NCBI GenBank assembly: GCA_009780275.1
Contig: WRAI01000007.1
Span: 10,883-74,882, forward strand
DNA from: Oscillospiraceae bacterium
GTDB lineage: Bacteria; Bacillota; Clostridia; Oscillospirales; UBA929
Length of the DNA stretch: 64,000 nt
Direction: 5' to 3'
In this document: one piece after another, positions 45,069-53,935 of the stretch
How the letters are laid out: each line of letters begins with the position of its first letter
Numbering within the stretch: position 1 is the first letter of the stretch
Made by a program: the position numbers and the translations under genes
The notes under the pieces: model-generated
Seen by the model: only the letters and a program-made list of their open reading frames with translations
Told to the model about the DNA's origin: nothing
The model's database searches: none

Positions 45069-45135
45069 GCCCTCTTTCAGAAAAGAGGGTGCCGTCGCAA
45101 CGGCGGGTGATTTTCTCCCTCGCGCTCGTGCGCGA
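45069..45135. repeat. right arm of the multi-hairpin inverted repeat flanking the DUF559 gene
   Basis: GCCCTCTTTCAGAAAAGAGGGTG-CCGTCGCAACGG-CGGGTGATTTTC-TCCCT-CGCGCTCGTGCGCGA. Hairpins 1 and 3 and the GGGTGATTTTC box are conserved with the left arm. Hairpin 2 differs in sequence but still pairs. Confidence 0.8.
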
Positions 45136-45155
45136 CGTCTCCCAACACAGACATT

Positions 45156-45174
45156 GGACGCGCAATGCGCGCCC
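45156..45174. repeat. GC-rich 'GTAGGGGCG' hairpin abutting the miaB stop
   Basis: Minus strand: TTG TAG GGGCGCGCA-T-TGCGCGTCC. The TAG is the miaB stop codon (45175..45177). Confidence 0.55.
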
Positions 45175-46302
45175 CTACAATTTTGTGTTCTCAATCGTCC
45201 TCTGCACCTCCAACAACCGCATAAATCGTGCCTTCTTCACATCCTCCGGCACAACATTCTCCATACTTGCCGCCGGCGTATCTTTACGCGGCGAAAACAG
45301 AAATGTAAACAATTGCTTGAACCGCACGGTCTCCAGCAGCGACAACGTGTCTTCAAAATCCGCATCGCTCTCGCTGGGAAAGCCGACGATCACGTCGCTC
45401 GTCAAGCGCACATCGGGAATCAGCTCGCGCAATTGCTCAATTTTCGTCAAATATTCCTCTCGTGTGTATTTGCGGTTCATTGCGGAAAGCATGGCGTCAC
45501 TGCCCGCCTGAAACGGCAGGTGTAGGTGTTTTTCAACTTTGCTGCAGTCTGCCATGGCTTGAAACAGCGCCAAATTCGCGTCCTTGGGGTGGCTGGTCAT
45601 AAAGCTGATGGAAAAGTTACCGTCTAGTGCGTTAATTTTGCGCAAGAGTGCCGGAAAGTCGCAGTCGCCGTCGCGGTAGGCGTTGACATTTTGTCCAAGC
45701 AGCATAATAGTCTTGTAGCCCTCGGCAATGGCTTGCGTAATTTCGTCTACAATATCGCCAACACCACGACTGCGCTCGCGTCCGCGCACATACGGTACAA
45801 TGCAGTAGCTGCAATAGTTATCGCACCCGCGCATAACGGTTACCAAAGCATCGCGCTTGCCATTCTGTCCCGAAGAGCCGCGCACAACCGGCAACTGCTC
45901 GTGCCAAGCATCGTCTTCTTCAATATCGACAGCCCGCGTGCCGTCAGACAAGCTATGGCGCAAAAGCTCGGGCAATTTCGGCAAAGCATCCGGTGCAATG
46001 ATAATATCAATTTGCGGAAACTCGTTTTGCAATTTCTTAGCCATATCCGGCTGTGCCACCATGCAACCGCAGACGATAATGCGCAATTCCGGATTCTTGC
46101 GTTTCAAAAATTTTAGCCGCCCGATGTAGCTTAACGCCTTGTTTTCGGCGTGGTCGCGCACGGTGCAGGTGTTGATGAAAATGACATGGGCAGCCTCCGG
46201 CGCATCGCACAACGCATAACCTTGCGCTGTCAGCAGCCCTGCCGCCATTTCACTGTCGCGGACGTTTTGTTGGCAACCGAATGTTCGGATAAATAAAGTC
46301 AT
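45175..46302 (-). CDS. miaB: MiaB-type radical SAM methylthiotransferase lacking the C-terminal TRAM domain
   Basis: UPF0004 N-terminus (FIRTFGCQQNVRDSE), radical SAM core (GCDNYCSYCIVPYVRGRERS). The ORF ends at 375 aa (…RLLEVQRTIENTKL*), where the TRAM domain normally begins. Confidence 0.85.
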   Translation of the reverse strand: MTLFIRTFGCQQNVRDSEMAAGLLTAQGYALCDAPEAAHVIFINTCTVRDHAENKALSYIGRLKFLKRKNPELRIIVCGCMVAQPDMAKKLQNEFPQIDIIIAPDALPKLPELLRHSLSDGTRAVDIEEDDAWHEQLPVVRGSSGQNGKRDALVTVMRGCDNYCSYCIVPYVRGRERSRGVGDIVDEITQAIAEGYKTIMLLGQNVNAYRDGDCDFPALLRKINALDGNFSISFMTSHPKDANLALFQAMADCSKVEKHLHLPFQAGSDAMLSAMNRKYTREEYLTKIEQLRELIPDVRLTSDVIVGFPSESDADFEDTLSLLETVRFKQLFTFLFSPRKDTPAASMENVVPEDVKKARFMRLLEVQRTIENTKL

Positions 46303-46369
46303 AATTCACACTTCATGATGATTTTGAGGGATTGGGATAGTTAATGCTTTAAGGCGGGGAACAGAATGC

Positions 46370-46750
46370 TTATTTGCAATATTCGAAAAATTCCAATGTT
46401 TCTCCGTCCGGACCTGTAAAGAATATGTTCTTTATGCCGCCGAGCATAGGCGCGCTCATAATACGTGACGCGTCTATGTTGATACCATTTGCTTTGGCGT
46501 TTGCGACAGCTTGCTCGATATTATCGACAGTCATAGCAATATGGTCGACTGTCCCTGCGGTACGTTCTTCGCTTATCCCAATCAATTCGATGAGACATGT
46601 GCCTGCACTGAGAAAAGAAAGCCGGGTTCCGTTGTCGGTTTGTTCGTTATTATCAAGCGTAAATCCCAAGCGTTTATAAAAATCGATAGATTTGCCTATA
46701 TCTTTGACGAATATACCGATATGAGCCAATCCTGTAATGTTGGATTTCAT
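46370..46750 (-). CDS. VOC (glyoxalase/bleomycin-resistance/dioxygenase) family protein
   Basis: GLAHIGIFVKDIGKSIDFYKRLGF… HIAMTVDNIE. Start at MKSNITG. Confidence 0.85.
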   Translation of the reverse strand: MKSNITGLAHIGIFVKDIGKSIDFYKRLGFTLDNNEQTDNGTRLSFLSAGTCLIELIGISEERTAGTVDHIAMTVDNIEQAVANAKANGINIDASRIMSAPMLGGIKNIFFTGPDGETLEFFEYCK

Positions 46751-46831
46751 ACTTAAGATTCCTTTCGTTTCTGCTGGTTCAAATATACACACTGTGGTGT
46801 GGTATAAGCGTGACAATCTGCCACTCTTGCA

Positions 46832-48370
<1,539 letters not shown>

Positions 48371-48418
48371 TGTTTGGCGGAGCATTTAACGGGCAATAAT
48401 CGATAGATTATTTTACAA

Positions 48419-49864
48419 CTACCTTTGCAGTTCAAACCGCGCATCATCAAATGCGTCAACCGCGTCCCGCAAAGGATTGTCAGCGGCGTCCACTTTGCGC
48501 AACGCCGGACAGTTCAGCAACGGTGCCAGCGTTGTAATATTGTTATTTGATACATTCAAGATTTGTAATGAACGAATATTTGTCAGCGGTGCGACAGAGG
48601 CAATGGCATTGTTACGAACGGATAAATTTTTAAGCAAGTCGAGATTTGCCAATGGGGTCAGTGATGTAATTTGATTGTCGTCGAGACGCAAAACATGCAA
48701 TTGTTCAAAATATTCTAGCGGCGACAAGTCATTTACAGCGTTATCTGATAGCATGAGGATTTCCAGTTGCGCTAAATTTGCCAGTGGCGATATATCGCTA
48801 ATGTTGTTGCCGCTTAAGTTGAGTGAAAACAGTAATTGCATGTCATGCAGCGCCTCGATCGATGTAATGCGATTGTTGGACAAATCCAGTTGCCGAAGCC
48901 AATCCATTTGTGCGAGGGTGTCTAAGTCGGACGTTGTAACATGAGCGTTTTCCAGCGTCAAGTGCTGTAACGTTGGCAGTTGTGCCAGCACATCAAGACC
49001 GTCGAGCGGCGTGCTGCCGCCTAAGAGCAGCAACTCTCGTAAACCTGTCAGCCACTGCAAGTCTTCAAGCGTCGTGGGCATTACACGGAGCGCCTCGTTG
49101 TTGAGCCCAACAATATCCCACAAATCACTCGTAAACAATTCACCTGTTGGCTGCCCCAATGCGTCGCGTACCAACGCCTCTATCGCCTCATCCACGAACG
49201 CCACAGGCTTGACCAAGCCCTCCAAACGGTACGTCCCTTCAAACAAACGGCTGACCAGTCCGTCCTCGCCCACCGCAACGGCAGTCAGCACATTTTCACC
49301 CACCGGCAGCGCAATCGGTGTATCAAACGGCTCACTATTGACCGATGGCATCGAGCCGTCCAGCGTGTAAAAAATCTTGACACCGTCGTCGGTATCAAAC
49401 GTGACATACACGTGTTCACCAAACTGCCCCGGTTCGGGATCGGGTACAGGCATCCGCGGTCGCAGATCATTAATGCGACCCGCAAGCCCGTCCTGCGCGT
49501 CAAGCAACTCAATGGCGTCACGTAGATTATTCTGTAACACAAACAACGCCGACAACGCTGTCAGCATTGTCGGTTCACCGGCTTGTACCTCTAAGCCGGC
49601 CAGCAACAGACGCTCAGCCTGCGGATAAAATCCCTGTGCTTTCAGCAATCGCACCGCCTCCAGCCGCACCGCCGGCGATTGCGGCAACCGCGCCAAAGCA
49701 CGCTCATAGTGCGACACCGCCGTAGCATAATTGCCGACACTTTCAGCCCGCTCAGCTTGCCACACATGATAACGGCTGATAAGCCCGTCGCCAAAGACAA
49801 AATAACCCGCAGTCAACCCCGCCGCGATCAGCAGCAGAACAATCAATCTGACAGCGATCTTCAT
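48419..49864 (-). CDS. membrane-anchored leucine-rich-repeat (internalin-like) protein with TPR-like and chitobiase/hexosaminidase-C-like modules
   Basis: N-terminal TM. TPR-like AVSHYERALA. FYTLDGSMPSVNSEPF (Fn3-associated/CHB_HEX_C-like). At least 8 LRRs of ~22 aa (LxLSxNxIxDISPLANL…). Confidence 0.85.
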   Translation of the reverse strand: MKIAVRLIVLLLIAAGLTAGYFVFGDGLISRYHVWQAERAESVGNYATAVSHYERALARLPQSPAVRLEAVRLLKAQGFYPQAERLLLAGLEVQAGEPTMLTALSALFVLQNNLRDAIELLDAQDGLAGRINDLRPRMPVPDPEPGQFGEHVYVTFDTDDGVKIFYTLDGSMPSVNSEPFDTPIALPVGENVLTAVAVGEDGLVSRLFEGTYRLEGLVKPVAFVDEAIEALVRDALGQPTGELFTSDLWDIVGLNNEALRVMPTTLEDLQWLTGLRELLLLGGSTPLDGLDVLAQLPTLQHLTLENAHVTTSDLDTLAQMDWLRQLDLSNNRITSIEALHDMQLLFSLNLSGNNISDISPLANLAQLEILMLSDNAVNDLSPLEYFEQLHVLRLDDNQITSLTPLANLDLLKNLSVRNNAIASVAPLTNIRSLQILNVSNNNITTLAPLLNCPALRKVDAADNPLRDAVDAFDDARFELQR

Positions 49865-49866
49865 GC

Positions 49867-49909
49867 AAAATCACCCCGTAGGGCGCGATGGTCTCATCGC
49901 ACCGTGTAA
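49867..49909. repeat. GC-rich 'GTAGGGCG' hairpin plus AAAATCACCC box
   Basis: AAAATCACCCCGTAGGGCGCGATG-gtct-CATCGCACCGTGTAA. It shares the AAAATCACCC box with 44644..44653 and the GTAGGGCGCG motif with 35656..35665. Confidence 0.5.
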
Positions 49910-49933
49910 TTGTCACATCTCACATTTCAAAAA

Positions 49934-51487
49934 TTACCCAAACAAATCCAACAACCGCCGAAAGAACCCGCGCCGTGCCGGCAATGCGCCGTCATTTTCG
50001 GCACGCGCTGCTTCAATGGCCGGCATTCGAATAACAAATTGCACCATCTCAATGACTTCATCGTTGCGTTCGTCGACAAACGACACCGGTGTAAACTCAC
50101 TGTCAGCGTCATCAAGGTTCAACGACTCGGTGACCAAGTTGACCAATGCGTTGGCGTCGTAATACAATCGCTCAATGCTTTCCGTCATTTCGCCAATGTT
50201 GTCGTTGATACGGCCGGACTCGCCGCGAATGGCGTCCAGGGCATTAAAGCTGTGTAACAGCATTTCGCTGAATGGCAGGAAGACACTGTTGAGCTGTCCT
50301 GCCTCGGCATTGAGTGCTGCAGCACCGCCTGAAGCATCATACACGCTGTTGAGAATGCTGTCAAAATCATCAAAAAACGCGCGTGTGCGTTGCAAACGTT
50401 CAATCAACTGTGGGATGGTGTTGCGTGCCGTGGACGTGTTGATCAAATGCATCTCGTGGTTGAGTTCATCGGCAAAATGGTCAGAGTGAAAAGGCCCGCG
50501 TGTTTGCATGCCCGCCGCCTGCCGCATGCTGTTGACCGAAGTCTGCGCCGACCACAACAGATCCATAAATGTATACCACGCGTCGTGGCGCAGCTCGTCG
50601 CGCTGTTCGGCAATATTCAGCTCGGCCAGCGTACCGAAGATGGCCGCGGCGCCGCCGACAGTATCGGTCATGCCTTGGTTGATGCTTTCAATCTGGCCCG
50701 ATATGTCATCGACAGGCAGTGCATGAATGCCGCCGCTCAAATGACCTGAATCATCACGAACCGATAGCGCCGTGTCGCGCAATACCGTAATGGCATTTTG
50801 CAAACCCAATAAATTGACGCCAAACCGACCCAAGTCACCTAAAAAAGCGTCTTCAACAAAAAGCCCGCTCATCGTTACGCTCGGCATACGGAAATCAACA
50901 ACATCGGCAAAGACGGTGAACGTACCTCCGCGCCCGGGCGCGAATGTGTAGGTGAACTGCCGGTATGTACCGACATTCTTGGCCGTTGCGCCTGCCGCGT
51001 CAACGTTGTGTGCGACAGCTGTACTTAGCAGCAACGTCACTTGTACCGTGTATTGCCTGAAAAATGCAGCACGCACACTTTCATTCGGTCGCGCCGAAAT
51101 GTCAATCTGCAAGCGACCGCTCTGGCCGCCCAAATCGGCCGCATCAATCGGCATATCGTCGAGCATATAACCAATGTCAAAATGCCAAGGCAAGTCAAGC
51201 CTGTTCAACGAACCTTGGAACGACACCGACTGCTCGCCGGCCTCCAACGTCACTGTATCGCCGCTGTGTCGCAAGTTCTGCGCGCCAATCACGCTACGTA
51301 CATCATCATAATCACCGTAATCAACAATACTGCCGCCGTGCGGAAATGTGTTGACAATGGTGATGACCTCAACATCGCCGCTGCTGTTGAGGTTGGCATA
51401 CACAATTTCTTGCTTGGCCAGCGCGCTCACACTCAAAAACAACAGAGCGGCAAGCAACGCGGCAGTCAAACGAGTCAATTTTTTCAT
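49934..51487 (-). CDS. secreted protein of unknown function, translationally coupled to the MMPL transporter
   Basis: Signal peptide MKKLTRLTAALLAALLFLSVSALA. Beta-rich N-terminal ~200 aa, then an alpha-helical region. The ATG overlaps the MMPL stop (4-nt overlap). Confidence 0.7.
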   Translation of the reverse strand: MKKLTRLTAALLAALLFLSVSALAKQEIVYANLNSSGDVEVITIVNTFPHGGSIVDYGDYDDVRSVIGAQNLRHSGDTVTLEAGEQSVSFQGSLNRLDLPWHFDIGYMLDDMPIDAADLGGQSGRLQIDISARPNESVRAAFFRQYTVQVTLLLSTAVAHNVDAAGATAKNVGTYRQFTYTFAPGRGGTFTVFADVVDFRMPSVTMSGLFVEDAFLGDLGRFGVNLLGLQNAITVLRDTALSVRDDSGHLSGGIHALPVDDISGQIESINQGMTDTVGGAAAIFGTLAELNIAEQRDELRHDAWYTFMDLLWSAQTSVNSMRQAAGMQTRGPFHSDHFADELNHEMHLINTSTARNTIPQLIERLQRTRAFFDDFDSILNSVYDASGGAAALNAEAGQLNSVFLPFSEMLLHSFNALDAIRGESGRINDNIGEMTESIERLYYDANALVNLVTESLNLDDADSEFTPVSFVDERNDEVIEMVQFVIRMPAIEAARAENDGALPARRGFFRRLLDLFG

Positions 51488-53796
51488 GATTTGGTGTCCT
51501 CCTCGGCGTTATGAATGTAGTCGCTTCCCCTTGCAGGGGAGGTGTCCGCGTCGGCGGACGGAGGGGCTATGCTGTCAAATACAGACTGATCGGGCACAAT
51601 GTCACTTGTGTGTACCGTTGTCGGTGGCTCCTCGGCCGGCTTCAGCTCCTCGGTCTCAACGTCCTCGTACTCGTAGTCGGGGTCTTCTTCCTCATCGTCG
51701 CCCGCGTAATAGTATTCCCAACCATCGCCATCTTCATCACCGCCACCGGGCAACCCGAAGTCGCTGTACTCCACCTGGTAGTGCAAGTCGTCCTTGTCGC
51801 TGTAAATCTTGGCCTTGCGCCAAGTCAAGCGCATAATCGGTTCATCAAGCAATCGCAATAAGGCGGGCAAAATAAACAGCGCCGCGCCCAAGCCAATCAA
51901 CGCGCCCCGCAACAGCAATAATCCAAGATGACTGACCGCCAACTGCGGTGCGAACAACGCCAAAATCAGCCCGCAGACGGCTAAAGCTCCGGCACCGAGC
52001 ATCATAGGTTGCGCTGTCGACTGAATGGCGACAAACGTCGCGCGGTCGCGCGTAAATGTCTCGCGTTCTTGCAAATAGCGGCGGGCATAGCGAATGGCAA
52101 AATCGGCCGTCAAGCCCAACAACACCGTTGTCAGTGTCAAAAACGCCGTCTGCGATATAGGGTTGCCCGTAAAGTAGGAAACAGAGAGCGAAATCCAAGC
52201 CATCAGCTGCAACAGCACGGTAATGACAATGGGGATCACAACGCCCTTAAATGCCGGTATCAACAAAATCAACACGCCGGCAATAACGATTAAATTAAGT
52301 GTGTAAATGGCCGGCTGCTCTCGCGCTAATCCTAAATCGCCGCCAATGTACCCTGAGGCAAAAAAACTGCGCGCAATGCTGTCAAGTTCGGTAACGCCGT
52401 ATACAGCGGTCTTAACAGGCAGCCCAACTGTCAAAATAAAACGGCTGTCATCGTCAACAAAAAACTGACGGCGCAACGACGCGTCGACAAACTCCGGCGG
52501 CACAGTCGCGCCGACTTCACCCACAAACGAGCGCACACTGTACACATATGGCAACCTGGTCAAGCGGTTGTGCAGCAGCAGTTCAAGATCAGGTCGCCCC
52601 TGTGGCACAAGTATCGTAACCGTGTGCAAGTCGCCAAATGTTTCGCGGATGGCAGCGTTGCCGCCCGCGTCGTGACGGAACGGCACCTGCCGGTACGCCA
52701 ATATCGCGGGAATAAAAACAACAAGTAAAACACCGATAGCAACCCCGCGCAACGTGAAGATAGTTCTCCCCAATTTTGGCCCCTTCGGAAAGTCATCTTC
52801 CTTTGCTGACTCACCGCTCGCAGAAACATCGCCTTCGTCGGTTTCGTCCTCATACTCCAAGTCATCGGGCGAGGGCGGCGCGGCAAAATTGTCGCGCTCG
52901 ATAAACCGCATAAACAACAGCGTCTTGACAGGCAACAGGCAAGACACAACTAAAACCGCTAAGATAACACCCTTGACCATCACCCAGTCCTGCAACGCCG
53001 CAAAAGCAACGATAGCAACACCTGCCGCAACCACGGTAGCCGGCAATGTGTTCTGTACTGTCGTGCGCATAACGTCCTCAACATCGTATGTTGCGTCGTC
53101 ATCGTCATCCGTGCGCTCCAGCTCGGTCTGCTCTTTCTTAAAGCGGCACAGCAGTGCCGTCCCGTACCCAACAGCCACGGCAAAGATAAGCAGCGCGCCA
53201 TAGGCGGCGGTGTACACAGAAATGTCAGTAAAAAACGCGTTGGTACCCGCGTGAATAACCGCCGCGACAAGCGCCGCACCTATGATGAGCAGCGGGTGCC
53301 ACAGCGAGCGAGAAACAAGGATAAGCAACATCAAAACAACAATCGCCGCCAATATCAACAGCAGCAACATAGACCACATATTCATGATCGCTGCCGCCGT
53401 GTCGTCAAATACTGCATAAGGCATTGCATTGCGTGCCGCCGTGACAACAGCGGCATGGTCGGTGACAGTCAGCCAAAACAAAGCGTTGCCGTCATGATAA
53501 TACGGGTTGGCAACACCGTCAGGCAACAACTCCACAGGCGACCCGACCGAGGTAACATCGTCGAGCCAGCGAATGTCAACAACACCGTCAATAGCCAGTA
53601 GTTGCTGCTTATAGTCAATAGCCTGTCCGATATCGACATCACGCACCATGACGCGCAAGTTGGGCAAGTCACAAACTTCGGTCTCTTGGCGCACTTGCAC
53701 AAGCGGCAACAGCAGCACCGACAAAAACAGCAGTACTGCGCAAGTAATGAGAATAACTTTTTTTCGCCCGAGAATGCAGGACAATATCTTTTCCAT
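51484..53796 (-). CDS. MMPL/RND-superfamily membrane transporter with acidic C-terminal tail
   Basis: Two blocks of ~6 TM helices, each preceded by an extracytoplasmic domain (MMPL-like topology). Acidic inserts and the tail …GGGDEDGDGWEYYYAGDDEEEDPDYEYEDVE…. Confidence 0.75.
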   Translation of the reverse strand: MEKILSCILGRKKVILITCAVLLFLSVLLLPLVQVRQETEVCDLPNLRVMVRDVDIGQAIDYKQQLLAIDGVVDIRWLDDVTSVGSPVELLPDGVANPYYHDGNALFWLTVTDHAAVVTAARNAMPYAVFDDTAAAIMNMWSMLLLLILAAIVVLMLLILVSRSLWHPLLIIGAALVAAVIHAGTNAFFTDISVYTAAYGALLIFAVAVGYGTALLCRFKKEQTELERTDDDDDATYDVEDVMRTTVQNTLPATVVAAGVAIVAFAALQDWVMVKGVILAVLVVSCLLPVKTLLFMRFIERDNFAAPPSPDDLEYEDETDEGDVSASGESAKEDDFPKGPKLGRTIFTLRGVAIGVLLVVFIPAILAYRQVPFRHDAGGNAAIRETFGDLHTVTILVPQGRPDLELLLHNRLTRLPYVYSVRSFVGEVGATVPPEFVDASLRRQFFVDDDSRFILTVGLPVKTAVYGVTELDSIARSFFASGYIGGDLGLAREQPAIYTLNLIVIAGVLILLIPAFKGVVIPIVITVLLQLMAWISLSVSYFTGNPISQTAFLTLTTVLLGLTADFAIRYARRYLQERETFTRDRATFVAIQSTAQPMMLGAGALAVCGLILALFAPQLAVSHLGLLLLRGALIGLGAALFILPALLRLLDEPIMRLTWRKAKIYSDKDDLHYQVEYSDFGLPGGGDEDGDGWEYYYAGDDEEEDPDYEYEDVETEELKPAEEPPTTVHTSDIVPDQSVFDSIAPPSADADTSPARGSDYIHNAEEDTKS

Positions 53797-53935
53797 AGCG
53801 ACCTCGACTTACACTTGATTGCCCTAGTTTACCATATTATGTATATGTGGTCAACCCGCCCGCAGAGAAAATTATGTATAGGCGATTATCAATCGCCCGC
53901 AATATTGCAAAACGCCGTGTAGCGGTGAACATTGC

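Noticed and set aside
45049-45165. N-terminal extension of the DUF559 ORF (MRVQCLCWETSR…)
   Set aside because: The extension is encoded by the repeat hairpins. The DUF559 homology starts after Met40, which has a GGAGG-type RBS.
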